From a virus (Duplodnaviria > Caudoviricetes): a stretch of DNA of 64,000 nucleotides. Positions 55,040-64,000 of this stretch are shown piece by piece. The translations under genes were made by a program, and so were the position numbers. Position 1 is the stretch's first letter, and each line of letters opens with the position of its first letter. A model generated the notes under the pieces. That model did no database searches. It saw only the letters and a list, made by a program, of their open reading frames with translations, and had not been told where the DNA came from. Where the stretch lies: IMG/VR virus record IMGVR_UViG_3300016643_000249, positions 7,358 through 71,357 of that record; one strand, 5' to 3'.

Positions 55040-55369
55040 ATGGCAACAACATATAAAATTTTAGGTCAGGCCGCACCTACTGCAAACACACTAACAAATG
55101 TTTATACTGTGCCATCTGCAACACAAGCGGTCATCTCAACAATCACAGTTTGTAATCAGACAGCATCAAATGCTTCTTATTCAATCTCAGTAGCAGCGAA
55201 CGGTGCCGCAGATGCAAATACACAATACATCATTCGTGGTGGTGTAGTACCTGCCGCAGATTCAATTGGTATTACTCTTGGTATCACACTTGATGCCGCT
55301 GATGTGGTTCGTGCAAATACTAACCAGTCAAATGTTTCTTTCAACATCTTTGGTTCTGAAGTAGCGTAA
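55040..55369 (+). CDS. small virion protein, 110-aa paralog family
   Basis: YKILGQ..P.ANT.TNVY.VP...FGSE. Confidence 0.75.
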   Translation: MATTYKILGQAAPTANTLTNVYTVPSATQAVISTITVCNQTASNASYSISVAANGAADANTQYIIRGGVVPAADSIGITLGITLDAADVVRANTNQSNVSFNIFGSEVA

Positions 55370-56274
55370 TGGGAATCCGTAGATTAGGTCGCCCAGCAGG
55401 ATACAATTATCCTGTTGGATTAACACAATTATCTGGTACAGTAACTACTATGGAATATCTTGTAGTTGCTGGCGGAGGCGGAGGTGGTAATCTTGGCGGT
55501 GGCGGAGGCGGCGCCGGCGGTTTCGTAACTTCTCCTTCATTGGCAGTTGGTTCAAATACATCATATTCAATATCTGTTGGTGGCGGTGGTTCTGGAGGAA
55601 ATGGTCCAACAACAAGAGGTGCCAACGGTTCTTGGTCTTTTATAAACACCACATCTTCTATCGCATCTTCAGCTGTTGGCGGCGGTGGCGGTGGTGCTAA
55701 TGCACCATCATCTGCTTTAGCTGCAGGTTGTTCTGGTGGTTCTGGTGGAGGCGCTAACGGAGGAAATGCAGGTGGTCCTGGAGGATTAGGAACACCAGGT
55801 CAGGGAAATAATGGTGGAGCTTCTCCATCAACTTCACCTTTCTCAGGCGCTGGCGGTGGCGGCGCAGGTGCAGTTGGTGGTGCTGGTGGTGGTACCGGGC
55901 CATATAATGGTGGAAATGGTACTGCTTCTCCATTAAGTGGTTCTCCAGTAACATACGCCGGTGGTGGTGGAGGTGGTGCTGGTGGATTGCCAAGTGTATC
56001 TCCAGTAGTTGGTACTGGAGGTACTGGTGGCGGTGGAAACGGCACAACAACAAATGGCGCTAATGGTTCACCAAATACAGGCGGCGGTGGCGGCGGTGGT
56101 TGGAACACACCATATACCGGAGGTACTGGTGGTAAAGGTATCGTAATCATTCGTTACGCTGGTTCACAGGCTGCGTCTGGTGGCACAGTAACTACTTCGC
56201 CAGGTTATACTATTCACACCTTCACAGGCGATGGAACATTTACAGTCAACTCATTAGTATACTCAATAAACTAA
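55369..56274 (+). CDS. glycine-rich domain protein 1
   Basis: EYLVVAGGGGGG ... GGKG.VIIRY.GSQ ... HTFTGDG. Confidence 0.8.
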   Translation: MGIRRLGRPAGYNYPVGLTQLSGTVTTMEYLVVAGGGGGGNLGGGGGGAGGFVTSPSLAVGSNTSYSISVGGGGSGGNGPTTRGANGSWSFINTTSSIASSAVGGGGGGANAPSSALAAGCSGGSGGGANGGNAGGPGGLGTPGQGNNGGASPSTSPFSGAGGGGAGAVGGAGGGTGPYNGGNGTASPLSGSPVTYAGGGGGGAGGLPSVSPVVGTGGTGGGGNGTTTNGANGSPNTGGGGGGGWNTPYTGGTGGKGIVIIRYAGSQAASGGTVTTSPGYTIHTFTGDGTFTVNSLVYSIN

Positions 56275-56276
56275 TT

Positions 56277-57242
56277 ATGGGCGATACAGCAAAACAATTT
56301 TCTCTGCAAAACTTCAGACCAGATGGGTTTGAGTATCCTACTGGATTGAATTTGGTACAAGCTGGTGGACCAACTTCAATAGATTACCTAGTAGTTGCTG
56401 GAGGTGGAGGTGGCGGCACCCAAGGCGGCGCTGGCGGCGGCGCTGGCGGATTTTTAACTGGTACTTCACAAGCCATATCATTAACAACACCATATGCTAT
56501 TACGGTTGGAAGTGGAGGTACAGGAACACAACAAACTAATCCAAGTACCGCAGGAAATAATGTTAGAGCTTCAAATGGCTCATTTTCTTTAATACAAGAT
56601 ACTTCTGCTAACTCACTATATGTTTATGCTGTTGGTGGCGGAGGCGGTGTAGGAAATAATGCTGGCGGTAGTAACCCCGGACATAATGGTGGTTCAGGCG
56701 GTGGTGGCGGTGCCTTTTCACCATCTGGAGGCCAAGGTATTTCTCCACAAGGAAACAATGGAGCTGCTGGAACAGATAACGGCGGTTCTCGTTGGGCTGC
56801 CGGCGGTGGCGGCGGTTCTGGTGGCGCAGGTCAAAGCGGAACAGCTGCACCTAGCGCACCATCAACAACAGGTACTGGAGGCAATGGAGGTGCCGGTACC
56901 GCCTCACCTTATTCTGGAACTCCAGCAACATACTCTGCTGGTGGTGGTGGTTCTGGCGGCACGGTTGCTGGCTCAGGAACTCCAGGAGTAAGTGGTTCTG
57001 GTTTAGTTGGTTCAAATCCTTCAACGAATGGTAATAACGGCTCTGATAATACTGGCGGAGGCGGCGGCGGAGGTTTAAGTGATAATGGAGGTAATGGTGG
57101 CAAAGGTGTTGTGATTATTCGTTACTCTGGTAGCCAAGGTGCTACTGGTGGTACCGTAACATCATCAGGTGGTTATACCATTCATACCTTTACTGGTGAT
57201 GGAACATTCCGCTCTAATCAAGCATCATATTCAATCAATTAA
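56277..57242 (+). CDS. glycine-rich domain protein 2
   Basis: Same framework as protein 1. Confidence 0.8.
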   Translation: MGDTAKQFSLQNFRPDGFEYPTGLNLVQAGGPTSIDYLVVAGGGGGGTQGGAGGGAGGFLTGTSQAISLTTPYAITVGSGGTGTQQTNPSTAGNNVRASNGSFSLIQDTSANSLYVYAVGGGGGVGNNAGGSNPGHNGGSGGGGGAFSPSGGQGISPQGNNGAAGTDNGGSRWAAGGGGGSGGAGQSGTAAPSAPSTTGTGGNGGAGTASPYSGTPATYSAGGGGSGGTVAGSGTPGVSGSGLVGSNPSTNGNNGSDNTGGGGGGGLSDNGGNGGKGVVIIRYSGSQGATGGTVTSSGGYTIHTFTGDGTFRSNQASYSIN

Positions 57243-57258
57243 GCGAAATAAATAAACG

Positions 57259-57951
57259 ATGGCATATATCCAAAACAAATACCTTAACTGGTACAATCAA
57301 TTGGTAAAAAAAGCCAAAGTTAGAAATTTAACAAAAGAAACTTCTGATTGTTATGTTGAGATTCATCATATTATACCAAAAAGTTTAGGTGGTAGTAACG
57401 ATAAAGAAAATTTAGTGGTTTTAACTGCAAAAGAACACTATATCGCACATGAGCTTTTAGCTAGATTTACAAAAGGTAAACAAAAAATAAAAATGACTAT
57501 GGCTTTATTTTGTATGTTAACATCAAATAATTGTAAAAATTCTATACAAAATAAAGCAAGATTGTATGAAAAAGTTAGAAATGAATATTCTAACCTCGTT
57601 AAAGGTGAAAATCATTTTAACTATGGTTTAATAAGAAGTGAAGAAACAAAAGAACTTATTCGGCAAAAAAGAGCTTTACAAGTTATGCCAAAAGAATGTT
57701 ATGTTATTCGTTCTGAAAAGACAAAAGGTCAAATTTGGATGAACGATGGAAAAAGAAGTTATAGGATTATGCCAAACAAAGTTGAAGAGGCAAAACAAAA
57801 AGGTTATGTTTTGGGCAGATTCACTAACTACATAACAGAAGATTATAAAGAAAAAATAAAGAATAAAACAGTTCAGCAATGGCACAACATCAGAGAAGCT
57901 GGTTGCAGAAGTCCTAAAGAATATGCAGGAGAATCAAAATTAGCTACATAG
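57259..57951 (+). CDS. HNH homing endonuclease (NUMOD3-like tail)
   Basis: EIHHIIPKSLGGSNDKENLV.LTAKEHYIAH; RSEETKELIRQK; AT rich. Confidence 0.9.
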   Translation: MAYIQNKYLNWYNQLVKKAKVRNLTKETSDCYVEIHHIIPKSLGGSNDKENLVVLTAKEHYIAHELLARFTKGKQKIKMTMALFCMLTSNNCKNSIQNKARLYEKVRNEYSNLVKGENHFNYGLIRSEETKELIRQKRALQVMPKECYVIRSEKTKGQIWMNDGKRSYRIMPNKVEEAKQKGYVLGRFTNYITEDYKEKIKNKTVQQWHNIREAGCRSPKEYAGESKLAT

Positions 57952-58643
57952 GGAATACTCTACAATCAACATCGTTTGTAACAGATGTTTTTACTGGTGA
58001 TGCTGTTACGACCGCATTTACTCTGTCACGAACACCAGCTTCCGTAACATCCATCATTATCTTTATTGATGGTGTTAAACAGGCATCAATTGGCGGTTCA
58101 GGTGCATATACATTAGTTGGCACCACACTTAACTTTACTGCTGCACCGCCTAACAATGCAGTCGTTGAGGTCATTCACTTAGGCGTCCAAAGCCTTGTCA
58201 ATGTTCCTGCTGATGCTACTGTAACTGCTAATTCATTGGCACCAGAACTTCGTGCCATTACCGCAGAACAATTTACTGCCAACGGAACAGGCACTACATT
58301 TAATTTACAATACACACCGATTAGTTCCAATTCAGTTATCGTAACGGCTAACGGTGTTGTTCAATACGACTATACTGTTTCAGGTTCTACTCTTGTATTA
58401 AACTTCACACCAGCAAACGGCACAATTATTCGTGCTGCTGGTATGGGAAATATACTGACAACAGGAACAATTACTGATGATTCAGTTTCATCTGCAAAAC
58501 TACAGGCTAACTCAGTATCTACAAGAGAACTGACCAATGATGCAGTTCAGGCCAATAATATTGCTGATGGTGCAGTTACAAATTCTAAACTAGGCGCTGA
58601 TGTTGACCTAGGTATCAACCCATTATTCTTTACTGGTACATAA
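57939..58643 (+). CDS. fibre-like protein (MAYLGN family), apparent ATT start
   Basis: Open frame from ATT 57939 (SYIGNTLQS...) homologous to 54530; GGAG 57928-31; ORF track starts it at 58236. Confidence 0.7.
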   Translation: MSYIGNTLQSTSFVTDVFTGDAVTTAFTLSRTPASVTSIIIFIDGVKQASIGGSGAYTLVGTTLNFTAAPPNNAVVEVIHLGVQSLVNVPADATVTANSLAPELRAITAEQFTANGTGTTFNLQYTPISSNSVIVTANGVVQYDYTVSGSTLVLNFTPANGTIIRAAGMGNILTTGTITDDSVSSAKLQANSVSTRELTNDAVQANNIADGAVTNSKLGADVDLGINPLFFTGT

Positions 58644-58993
58644 TGGCAAACTCATATAAAATATTAGGGCAAATTGCACCATCACAAAATACACTAACGA
58701 ATGTGTATGTAACTGGTGCATCTGTTTCATCTGTTGTCAATACAATCTATCTCTGCAATCAAGATAGTGCAAATGCCAATGTCTCGGTCATTGTAAGACC
58801 AGTCAATGAAGCTCTTGCCAATAAACACTATGTCTTGCAGAATCAAAGGTTAGATGCCGCAGACACGATTATACTCAATCTAAATATCACAATGAATTCT
58901 AGCGTTATTTTAGCTGCAAACATTTCAACCAGAGCAGGCGAAACACAATCAGCAAACTGTTCTGTAAGTGCTTTTGGTGTGGAGATTAGTTAA
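58643..58993 (+). CDS. small virion protein, 110-aa paralog family
   Basis: YKILGQIAP...FGVEIS. Confidence 0.75.
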   Translation: MANSYKILGQIAPSQNTLTNVYVTGASVSSVVNTIYLCNQDSANANVSVIVRPVNEALANKHYVLQNQRLDAADTIILNLNITMNSSVILAANISTRAGETQSANCSVSAFGVEIS

Positions 58994-59322
58994 TGGCTCA
59001 ATCATACGAAATTCTTGGGCAAGTATCACCATCACCAAATACAGTTACCAATGTATTTGTGACTGGTGCATCTTCGTCTGCAATCGTTGGCACAATTACG
59101 CTACACAATTTTTCAGATAGCAATACAACTTATTCTCTTATTGTAAGACCAATCAACGAAGCAATTGGCAATAAACACTTTTTAATTCGTGGTGGTATTT
59201 TACCTGCAAGAGAACTCGTTACAATTACAGGTGCGGTTACAATGAATTCTTCGGCAATTCTTGCTGCAAATACAAATGGTTCATCAGTTTCAATTAACGC
59301 ATATGGCGTGGAGATATCATAA
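58993..59322 (+). CDS. small virion protein, 110-aa paralog family
   Basis: YEILGQVSP...YGVEIS. Confidence 0.75.
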   Translation: MAQSYEILGQVSPSPNTVTNVFVTGASSSAIVGTITLHNFSDSNTTYSLIVRPINEAIGNKHFLIRGGILPARELVTITGAVTMNSSAILAANTNGSSVSINAYGVEIS

Positions 59323-60326
59323 TGGGCGTTAAGTTTTTAAATCAAAATATTACAGTAAACACTACAAGACCAACAGGATTTAAGTTTCCTACTGGATTAA
59401 CCTCAAGTATTCTTGCAAATACTGGCATTGATTATTTGGTAGTTGCAGGAGGAGGCTCAGGTGGTGCAGTTGGTCCAAACAGTAGTGGTGCTGGAAGCGG
59501 CGGCGGAGCAGGAGGTGTTTTAACTGGTTCAGGTTTATCTCTTGTTTCTTCTACAAATTATACTGTTACAGTTGGTGCTGGAGGTCCGGCTGCAGTTTCT
59601 GGATTTCCTTCTCCAGGCACAAATATTGGTGGTAATTCTGGTTCCTATTCTCTTTTTACGCCTGCAACACCAGCAAACACATTTTATCATTATGCGGTAG
59701 GAGGTGGAGGTGCTGGCAATTATGCCGCTGGGCAAGGAAATAGGGGAGGTTCTGGTGGTGGAGGTGCCGGGCCATCAGGAACCGGTGGTTCTGGAATTGC
59801 GCCACAAGGAAATAATGGAGGTTCTTCTGGTGGTCCAAATACTTGGGCCGGCGGCGGTGGTGGCGGAGCTGGAGCACCAGGAGGAAATGGTGGTCCTGGT
59901 AGTACCAGTGGCGCTGGAGGAATAGGAATTCAAACAACTATTGCTCCATCTGGAACACCAACATATTATGCTGGTGGCGGTGGCGGTGGTGGTAGCGATT
60001 CAATTACGAATGGTGCAGGTACGCCAACAACCGGAGGTGGAAGTGCTGGAGCACCAAATTTAAATAGTGCCTCTGCTGCAGAAAATAATTCTGGTGGCGG
60101 TGGCGGTTCTTCTGGTTGTGGTAATTTTAATCCTAATACGGGTACTGTTTCCTCTGGTGCTGGTGGCAAAGGCATAGTCGTTATTCGTTATTCATCCGCT
60201 GGGGGCCAAAGAGCTAGCGGCGGTACCGTAACAACTACTCCAAGTTATATCATTCACACTTTTACTGGTGATGGTACATTTGCTACTAATTCTAATTTTG
60301 GTGCAGCATCTTACTCCATCAACTAA
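59322..60326 (+). CDS. glycine-rich domain protein 3
   Basis: RPTGF.FPTGL, IDYLVVAGGG, HTFTGDG, YSIN. Confidence 0.8.
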   Translation: MGVKFLNQNITVNTTRPTGFKFPTGLTSSILANTGIDYLVVAGGGSGGAVGPNSSGAGSGGGAGGVLTGSGLSLVSSTNYTVTVGAGGPAAVSGFPSPGTNIGGNSGSYSLFTPATPANTFYHYAVGGGGAGNYAAGQGNRGGSGGGGAGPSGTGGSGIAPQGNNGGSSGGPNTWAGGGGGGAGAPGGNGGPGSTSGAGGIGIQTTIAPSGTPTYYAGGGGGGGSDSITNGAGTPTTGGGSAGAPNLNSASAAENNSGGGGGSSGCGNFNPNTGTVSSGAGGKGIVVIRYSSAGGQRASGGTVTTTPSYIIHTFTGDGTFATNSNFGAASYSIN

Positions 60327-60344
60327 AAATAAATACAAACAACC

Positions 60345-60524
60345 ATGGCAATTCAAAAAGTAGACACACAAGAAATAGCAACTACTGGCGTAGCTGCTGG
60401 TACCTATGGTGGTGCAGAGCAAATACCAGTTATTACAGTTGGTGCTGATGGTCGTATCACTTCGTCTGCAAACACATCAGTATCAGCACCACTCCCAAAT
60501 ATTCTCATGTTATCAGGAATGTAA
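60345..60524 (+). CDS. 59-aa short fibre-like protein
   Basis: GV.AGTYG....IP.ITV..DGRIT, ends LSGM like 54530; not in ORF track. Confidence 0.7.
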   Translation: MAIQKVDTQEIATTGVAAGTYGGAEQIPVITVGADGRITSSANTSVSAPLPNILMLSGM

Positions 60525-60530
60525 AACAAA

Positions 60531-60869
60531 ATGGCACAAACATATAAACGATTAGGCGCAATCAACCCATCTGCCAATACGCAGACCAATGTGTATGTTG
60601 TGCCGGCTGCAACAGAAGCAGTTATGTCAACTATTACGATTTGTAATCAAGGTTCTTCAAATGCATCATATAGTTTAGCGCTAATGACAGCATCTGAATT
60701 TAATGCAGCGGCGCCGGCAGCCACATTTTTAGTTCGTGGTGCAACTGTACCTGCAGCAGATTCAATCATACTTACAATTGGACTTACGGCAAATGCTGGT
60801 TCAGTTTTAGCAGCTAATACCAATAACACAAACATTTCATTTGCAGCCTTTGGTTCGGAGATTAGTTAA
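60531..60869 (+). CDS. small virion protein, 110-aa paralog family
   Basis: YKRLGAINP...FGSEIS. Confidence 0.75.
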   Translation: MAQTYKRLGAINPSANTQTNVYVVPAATEAVMSTITICNQGSSNASYSLALMTASEFNAAAPAATFLVRGATVPAADSIILTIGLTANAGSVLAANTNNTNISFAAFGSEIS

Positions 60870-61819
60870 TGGGTAAAAGAAGTGGAAGCGGTAATATTGG
60901 ACAATCCGTATTTGCTTCTGGACTCCGCAATGGTGTCTTTACTGGCGTTGGTGTAAGGCCGGTTGGTTATCAATATCCAACAGGACTAACACAAACTGGT
61001 GTTGGAAGAAATTCAATTGATTACCTAGTTGTTGCTGGTGGTGGCGGTGGCGGTGGAAACGCTTCTGCTTCAGGTGGCGGCGGTGGCGCTGGCGGATTAA
61101 TACAAGCAAGTGCTGTTTCTGTAACAGATAGTGGTACATATGCCGTTACTGTTGGTGGCGGAGGACCTAGTAATACACAAGGGAATTATTCTCTTTTTAG
61201 AAATAGTTCTCCAGCAAATACCTTTTATTCATATGCAGTAGGTGGCGGCCGAGGTGGTGGCGATAGTGCTGGCGGCAATGGTGGTTCTGGTGGCGGCGGT
61301 AGTGGCCAATTTCCAGCAGGTTTTGTTGCTGGAGGTTCTGGTACACCAGGTCAAGGAAATAATGGCGGCGGCCGAAACCAATATACTGGTGGCGGCGGTG
61401 GCGGAGGCGCTGGTGGAGCTGGACAAGCTAGAGAGCCAGGTGCTTATGGTATAGGTGTTCAGGTACCTTGGGCAACAACAGCTGGTTACACTTCTGGATG
61501 GTATGCTAGTGGCGGTTCAGGGAATGCTTCTGGTTCAGGGCAAAATCCACAAGGCGGTGGAGGTTATGGGCCTACCAGTTCAAATGGTGATGCCGGTTAT
61601 CCTAACTCAGGCGGCGGTGGCGGTGGAGCACACGCTCCCCAATCTACTGGAGGTACTGGTGGCAAAGGCGTTGTAATTGTTCGTTATGCTGGCAGCCAAG
61701 GTGCTGTAGGCGGCACAGTATCATCAACACCAGGTTATACTATCCATACTTTTACAGGTGATGGATTTTTTAACACAAATTCATCTTTCATTGGTACAGA
61801 TAGTTACGCAATCAATTAA
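60869..61819 (+). CDS. glycine-rich domain protein 4
   Basis: RPVGYQYPTGL, IDYLVVAGGG, HTFTGDG, YAIN. Confidence 0.8.
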   Translation: MGKRSGSGNIGQSVFASGLRNGVFTGVGVRPVGYQYPTGLTQTGVGRNSIDYLVVAGGGGGGGNASASGGGGGAGGLIQASAVSVTDSGTYAVTVGGGGPSNTQGNYSLFRNSSPANTFYSYAVGGGRGGGDSAGGNGGSGGGGSGQFPAGFVAGGSGTPGQGNNGGGRNQYTGGGGGGGAGGAGQAREPGAYGIGVQVPWATTAGYTSGWYASGGSGNASGSGQNPQGGGGYGPTSSNGDAGYPNSGGGGGGAHAPQSTGGTGGKGVVIVRYAGSQGAVGGTVSSTPGYTIHTFTGDGFFNTNSSFIGTDSYAIN

Positions 61820-61823
61820 CCAT

Positions 61824-61831
61824 TATAAATA
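61824..61831 (+). promoter_or_regulatory. T4-type late promoter
   Basis: TATAAATA. Confidence 0.7.
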
Positions 61832-61869
61832 CCTTCGTCATTTTTCATCATTGAAGGAGAAAAACAAAC

Positions 61870-62262
61870 ATGGCACACTTTGCAAAAATTAGAACATCAG
61901 ACAATATCGTAATTCATGTATCCGGTGTAGATAACTGGAACATTGTTGACGGTGAAGGTAATGAAGTAGAATCAATTGGTATTGCTTATCTTGAGCAAGT
62001 TCACGGTGTAGATGCAAACCACATTTGGCGTCAAACATCATACAATGGCAATATGCGTAAAAATTATGCTGGTATTGGTATGACATGGGACGAAGGCCGT
62101 GATGCTTTCATTCCACCAAAACCATTTAATTCGTGGGTTCTGAATGAAACCACTTGCCGCTGGGAAGCACCAACAGCTATGCCAACAGATGCTGGCGAAA
62201 ATGAATATTATCGCTGGGATGAACCAACAACTGCTTGGGTTAAAGAAACACGAACAGTTTAA
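61870..62262 (+). CDS. conserved phage protein, putative fibre-associated
   Basis: MAHFA, W.QTSYNG..RKNYAGIG, DAFIPPKP..SW.L. Confidence 0.75.
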   Translation: MAHFAKIRTSDNIVIHVSGVDNWNIVDGEGNEVESIGIAYLEQVHGVDANHIWRQTSYNGNMRKNYAGIGMTWDEGRDAFIPPKPFNSWVLNETTCRWEAPTAMPTDAGENEYYRWDEPTTAWVKETRTV

Positions 62263-62283
62263 TTATTAACGGAGTGATTTACT

Positions 62284-62691
62284 ATGGATGTGAATAATGT
62301 TGTTGAAGTGATGAATAATTTTAAAGGTGAAGGTGTCATGCCAGTAGGCGTTGACACCGCCATCAAAGCACTCAGACCGGGTGCAAGATGGGAAATCACC
62401 GTAGCAGGTGGTGAATATGTTTACCATAAATGGTGGGATCCAAATGGGTTGAAGCCGCCGACAAAGAAAGAAATTGATGATGAACTGGAGTATCAAACAA
62501 AACTTCAGAAATATTATCAGTATGCTTACAGTCGGTGTGCTGAATATCCTGATGGTTTTGAACAGTTAGATATGTTATGGCACGCTGTAAACAATGGTGA
62601 GAACCTGAAAGATTCTGAATGGTTTAAATCCATTGATGAAGTAAAGAAAAAATATCCAAAACCAGAGGGCGAACCTCCAGTTAAAGAGTAA
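62284..62691 (+). CDS. XkdW-like/tail-fibre chaperone-like protein
   Basis: AI.ALRPGA.W, R..EYP....QLDMLWH, VK.KYPK. Confidence 0.65.
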   Translation: MDVNNVVEVMNNFKGEGVMPVGVDTAIKALRPGARWEITVAGGEYVYHKWWDPNGLKPPTKKEIDDELEYQTKLQKYYQYAYSRCAEYPDGFEQLDMLWHAVNNGENLKDSEWFKSIDEVKKKYPKPEGEPPVKE

Positions 62692-62693
62692 AA

Positions 62694-62990
62694 ATGGCAC
62701 TTAATAGAATAACCGTAGATTCAATTGCAGCAAATGCTGTTACTAATGTTGGAATTGCAAACGGCACAATTGTTACAGTTGACTTAGCTGATAGTTCTGT
62801 TACTTCAGCTAAACTTGCTGCTAATGCTGATGCAGTCATCACTCTAAGTGTTGCATCTGGCGTTTATGGTAGCCCTACGGTAATTCCATCTATTAGAGTT
62901 GCATCTAACGGTAGAATTACTTCAATCAGTAACTCTGCTGTTAGCGGCATTGATGCTCATCCGTTTGTATTTACTGCGATAGGAACATAA
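62694..62990 (+). CDS. short fibre-like protein
   Basis: IA.NAVT repeats; SGVYG....IP.I.V...GRIT. Confidence 0.7.
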   Translation: MALNRITVDSIAANAVTNVGIANGTIVTVDLADSSVTSAKLAANADAVITLSVASGVYGSPTVIPSIRVASNGRITSISNSAVSGIDAHPFVFTAIGT

Positions 62991-63337
62991 TGGCAGCCGC
63001 ATACAAGATTTTAGGACAAACATTACCTACAGCTAATACGCTGAGTAATGTCTATGTTGTTCCTGCAGCAACATCAACAATTCTGAACACAATTACAATC
63101 TGCAATCAGTCATCTGCAAATGCCAATGTGGATATTGTTGTTAGGCCAATCAATGAATCTTTGGCAAATAAACATTACATTTTAAAAGGTGTTACAATTC
63201 CAAGAGCAGATTCTCTTATCTTCTCACCAGGTATTACACTTAATGCTGCCGTAATTGTTGCAGTCAATAATTCTGTTTATACTGGTGAAACTGCCGCAAG
63301 TATTTCATTTAATGTTTACGGAGTGGAGTTAACCTAA
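62990..63337 (+). CDS. small virion protein, 110-aa paralog family
   Basis: YKILGQ..P.ANT...YGVEL. Confidence 0.75.
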   Translation: MAAAYKILGQTLPTANTLSNVYVVPAATSTILNTITICNQSSANANVDIVVRPINESLANKHYILKGVTIPRADSLIFSPGITLNAAVIVAVNNSVYTGETAASISFNVYGVELT

Positions 63338-63681
63338 TGCCAACAAATACCTACAAAATTTTAGGTCAGGTTAATCCATCTGCCAATACACAATCAAATG
63401 TCTATGTTGTCCCAGCGGCAACAGAGGCAGTTGTAAATTCCATTACAGTTGCAAACCAAGGAACATCGAATGTTTCTTATAGTGTGATTGTAATGCCTTC
63501 TGCTGAGTTTGCGGCTCCAGCATCAAATGGCAAATACTTTCTAATTCGTGGAAGTTCAATGCCAGGTGGTGATACTGCGACACTCACGCTCTCATTAACC
63601 TTACCAGCCGGCGCAGTTCTAGCAGCCAACACTAACTCAGGAAGCTTATCGTTCTCTGCATTTGGCGTGGAGATAAGTTAA
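63337..63681 (+). CDS. small virion protein, 110-aa paralog family
   Basis: YKILGQVNP...FGVEIS. Confidence 0.75.
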   Translation: MPTNTYKILGQVNPSANTQSNVYVVPAATEAVVNSITVANQGTSNVSYSVIVMPSAEFAAPASNGKYFLIRGSSMPGGDTATLTLSLTLPAGAVLAANTNSGSLSFSAFGVEIS

Positions 63682-64000
63682 ATGGGCATTCGGTATTTTA
63701 ACGCCGAAACCAATCAGAGTTACACAAGGCCAACAGGCTACTCTTTTCCTATTGGTATCTCTACTGTTGCTGCAAATACAACAATAGATTATGTTGTAGT
63801 TGCTGGCGGCGGTTCCGGTGGCGGATTTTATTATAATACATATGGTGGTGGTGCTGGCGGAGCTGGCGGTATGAAAATAGGCTCTGGTCAACCGGTTATT
63901 GTTGGCAGTTCTTATACTGTTACAGTTGGAGGTGGAGGCGCTGACCATGGCCCAGCAGGACAAGGAAATTATTCTCTGTTAACTATTTCTCCAGCAAACA
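63682..64000 (+). CDS. glycine-rich domain protein 5 (5' part, runs off window)
   Basis: MGIRYFNAETNQSYTRPTGYSFP...IDYVVVAGGG; open to 64000. Confidence 0.8.
   Translation, partial: MGIRYFNAETNQSYTRPTGYSFPIGISTVAANTTIDYVVVAGGGSGGGFYYNTYGGGAGGAGGMKIGSGQPVIVGSSYTVTVGGGGADHGPAGQGNYSLLTISPAN

Noticed and set aside
57930-57945. -1 frameshift fusing the HNH to the downstream fibre gene
   Set aside because: TCA AAA TTA is not an X XXY YYZ slippery site, and an SD-spaced ATT explains the frame more simply.
57259-57951. HNH as part of a group I intron in the fibre gene
   Set aside because: No non-coding sequence is available for an intron core; the ORF fills the whole insertion.
55407-61426. Pro- or His-rich minus-strand ORFs
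   Set aside because: Antisense shadows of GGN-rich glycine codons in the plus-strand genes.
54204-64000. Diversity-generating retroelement or shufflon behind the paralog array
   Set aside because: No reverse transcriptase, recombinase, adenine-specific repeat pair or inverted cassettes in the window.

Overview
AT-rich 64 kb segment of a T4-like myophage genome. It has gp32, gp33, gp59, rnh and the baseplate genes 2, 4, 5, 5.4, 6, 7, 8, 25, 26, 48, 51, 53 and 54, with consensus sigma70 early promoters and TATAAATA late promoters. The tmRNA tag suggests a proteobacterial host (inference). 1-31 kb is an accessory/early region: many small ORFs, five tRNAs, an envelope-protein operon, a nucleotide-sugar cluster, ClpP and several HNH-type nucleases. 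31.8-53.4 kb holds baseplate and tail genes. 53.6-64 kb is a tandem array of paralogous small virion proteins and glycine-rich fibre-like proteins. Best leads, most of them missed by the ORF track: (1) a circularly permuted two-piece tmRNA (tag ANDEKFALAA) under a late promoter; (2) a 52-aa ArfA-like ORF ending in an ssrA-like degron (YAAA), whose coding sequence folds into a long hairpin; with the phage ClpP these suggest a phage ribosome-rescue and proteolysis circuit; (3) two unexplained structured-RNA candidates at 22.2 and 22.5 kb; (4) an HNH gene between a tRNA 5' remnant and an aberrant tRNA-Thr; (5) a recurring double-palindrome early promoter cassette; (6) a structural gene that apparently starts at ATT behind an HNH insertion. 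All family assignments come from motif recognition and synteny by eye; no searches were run.
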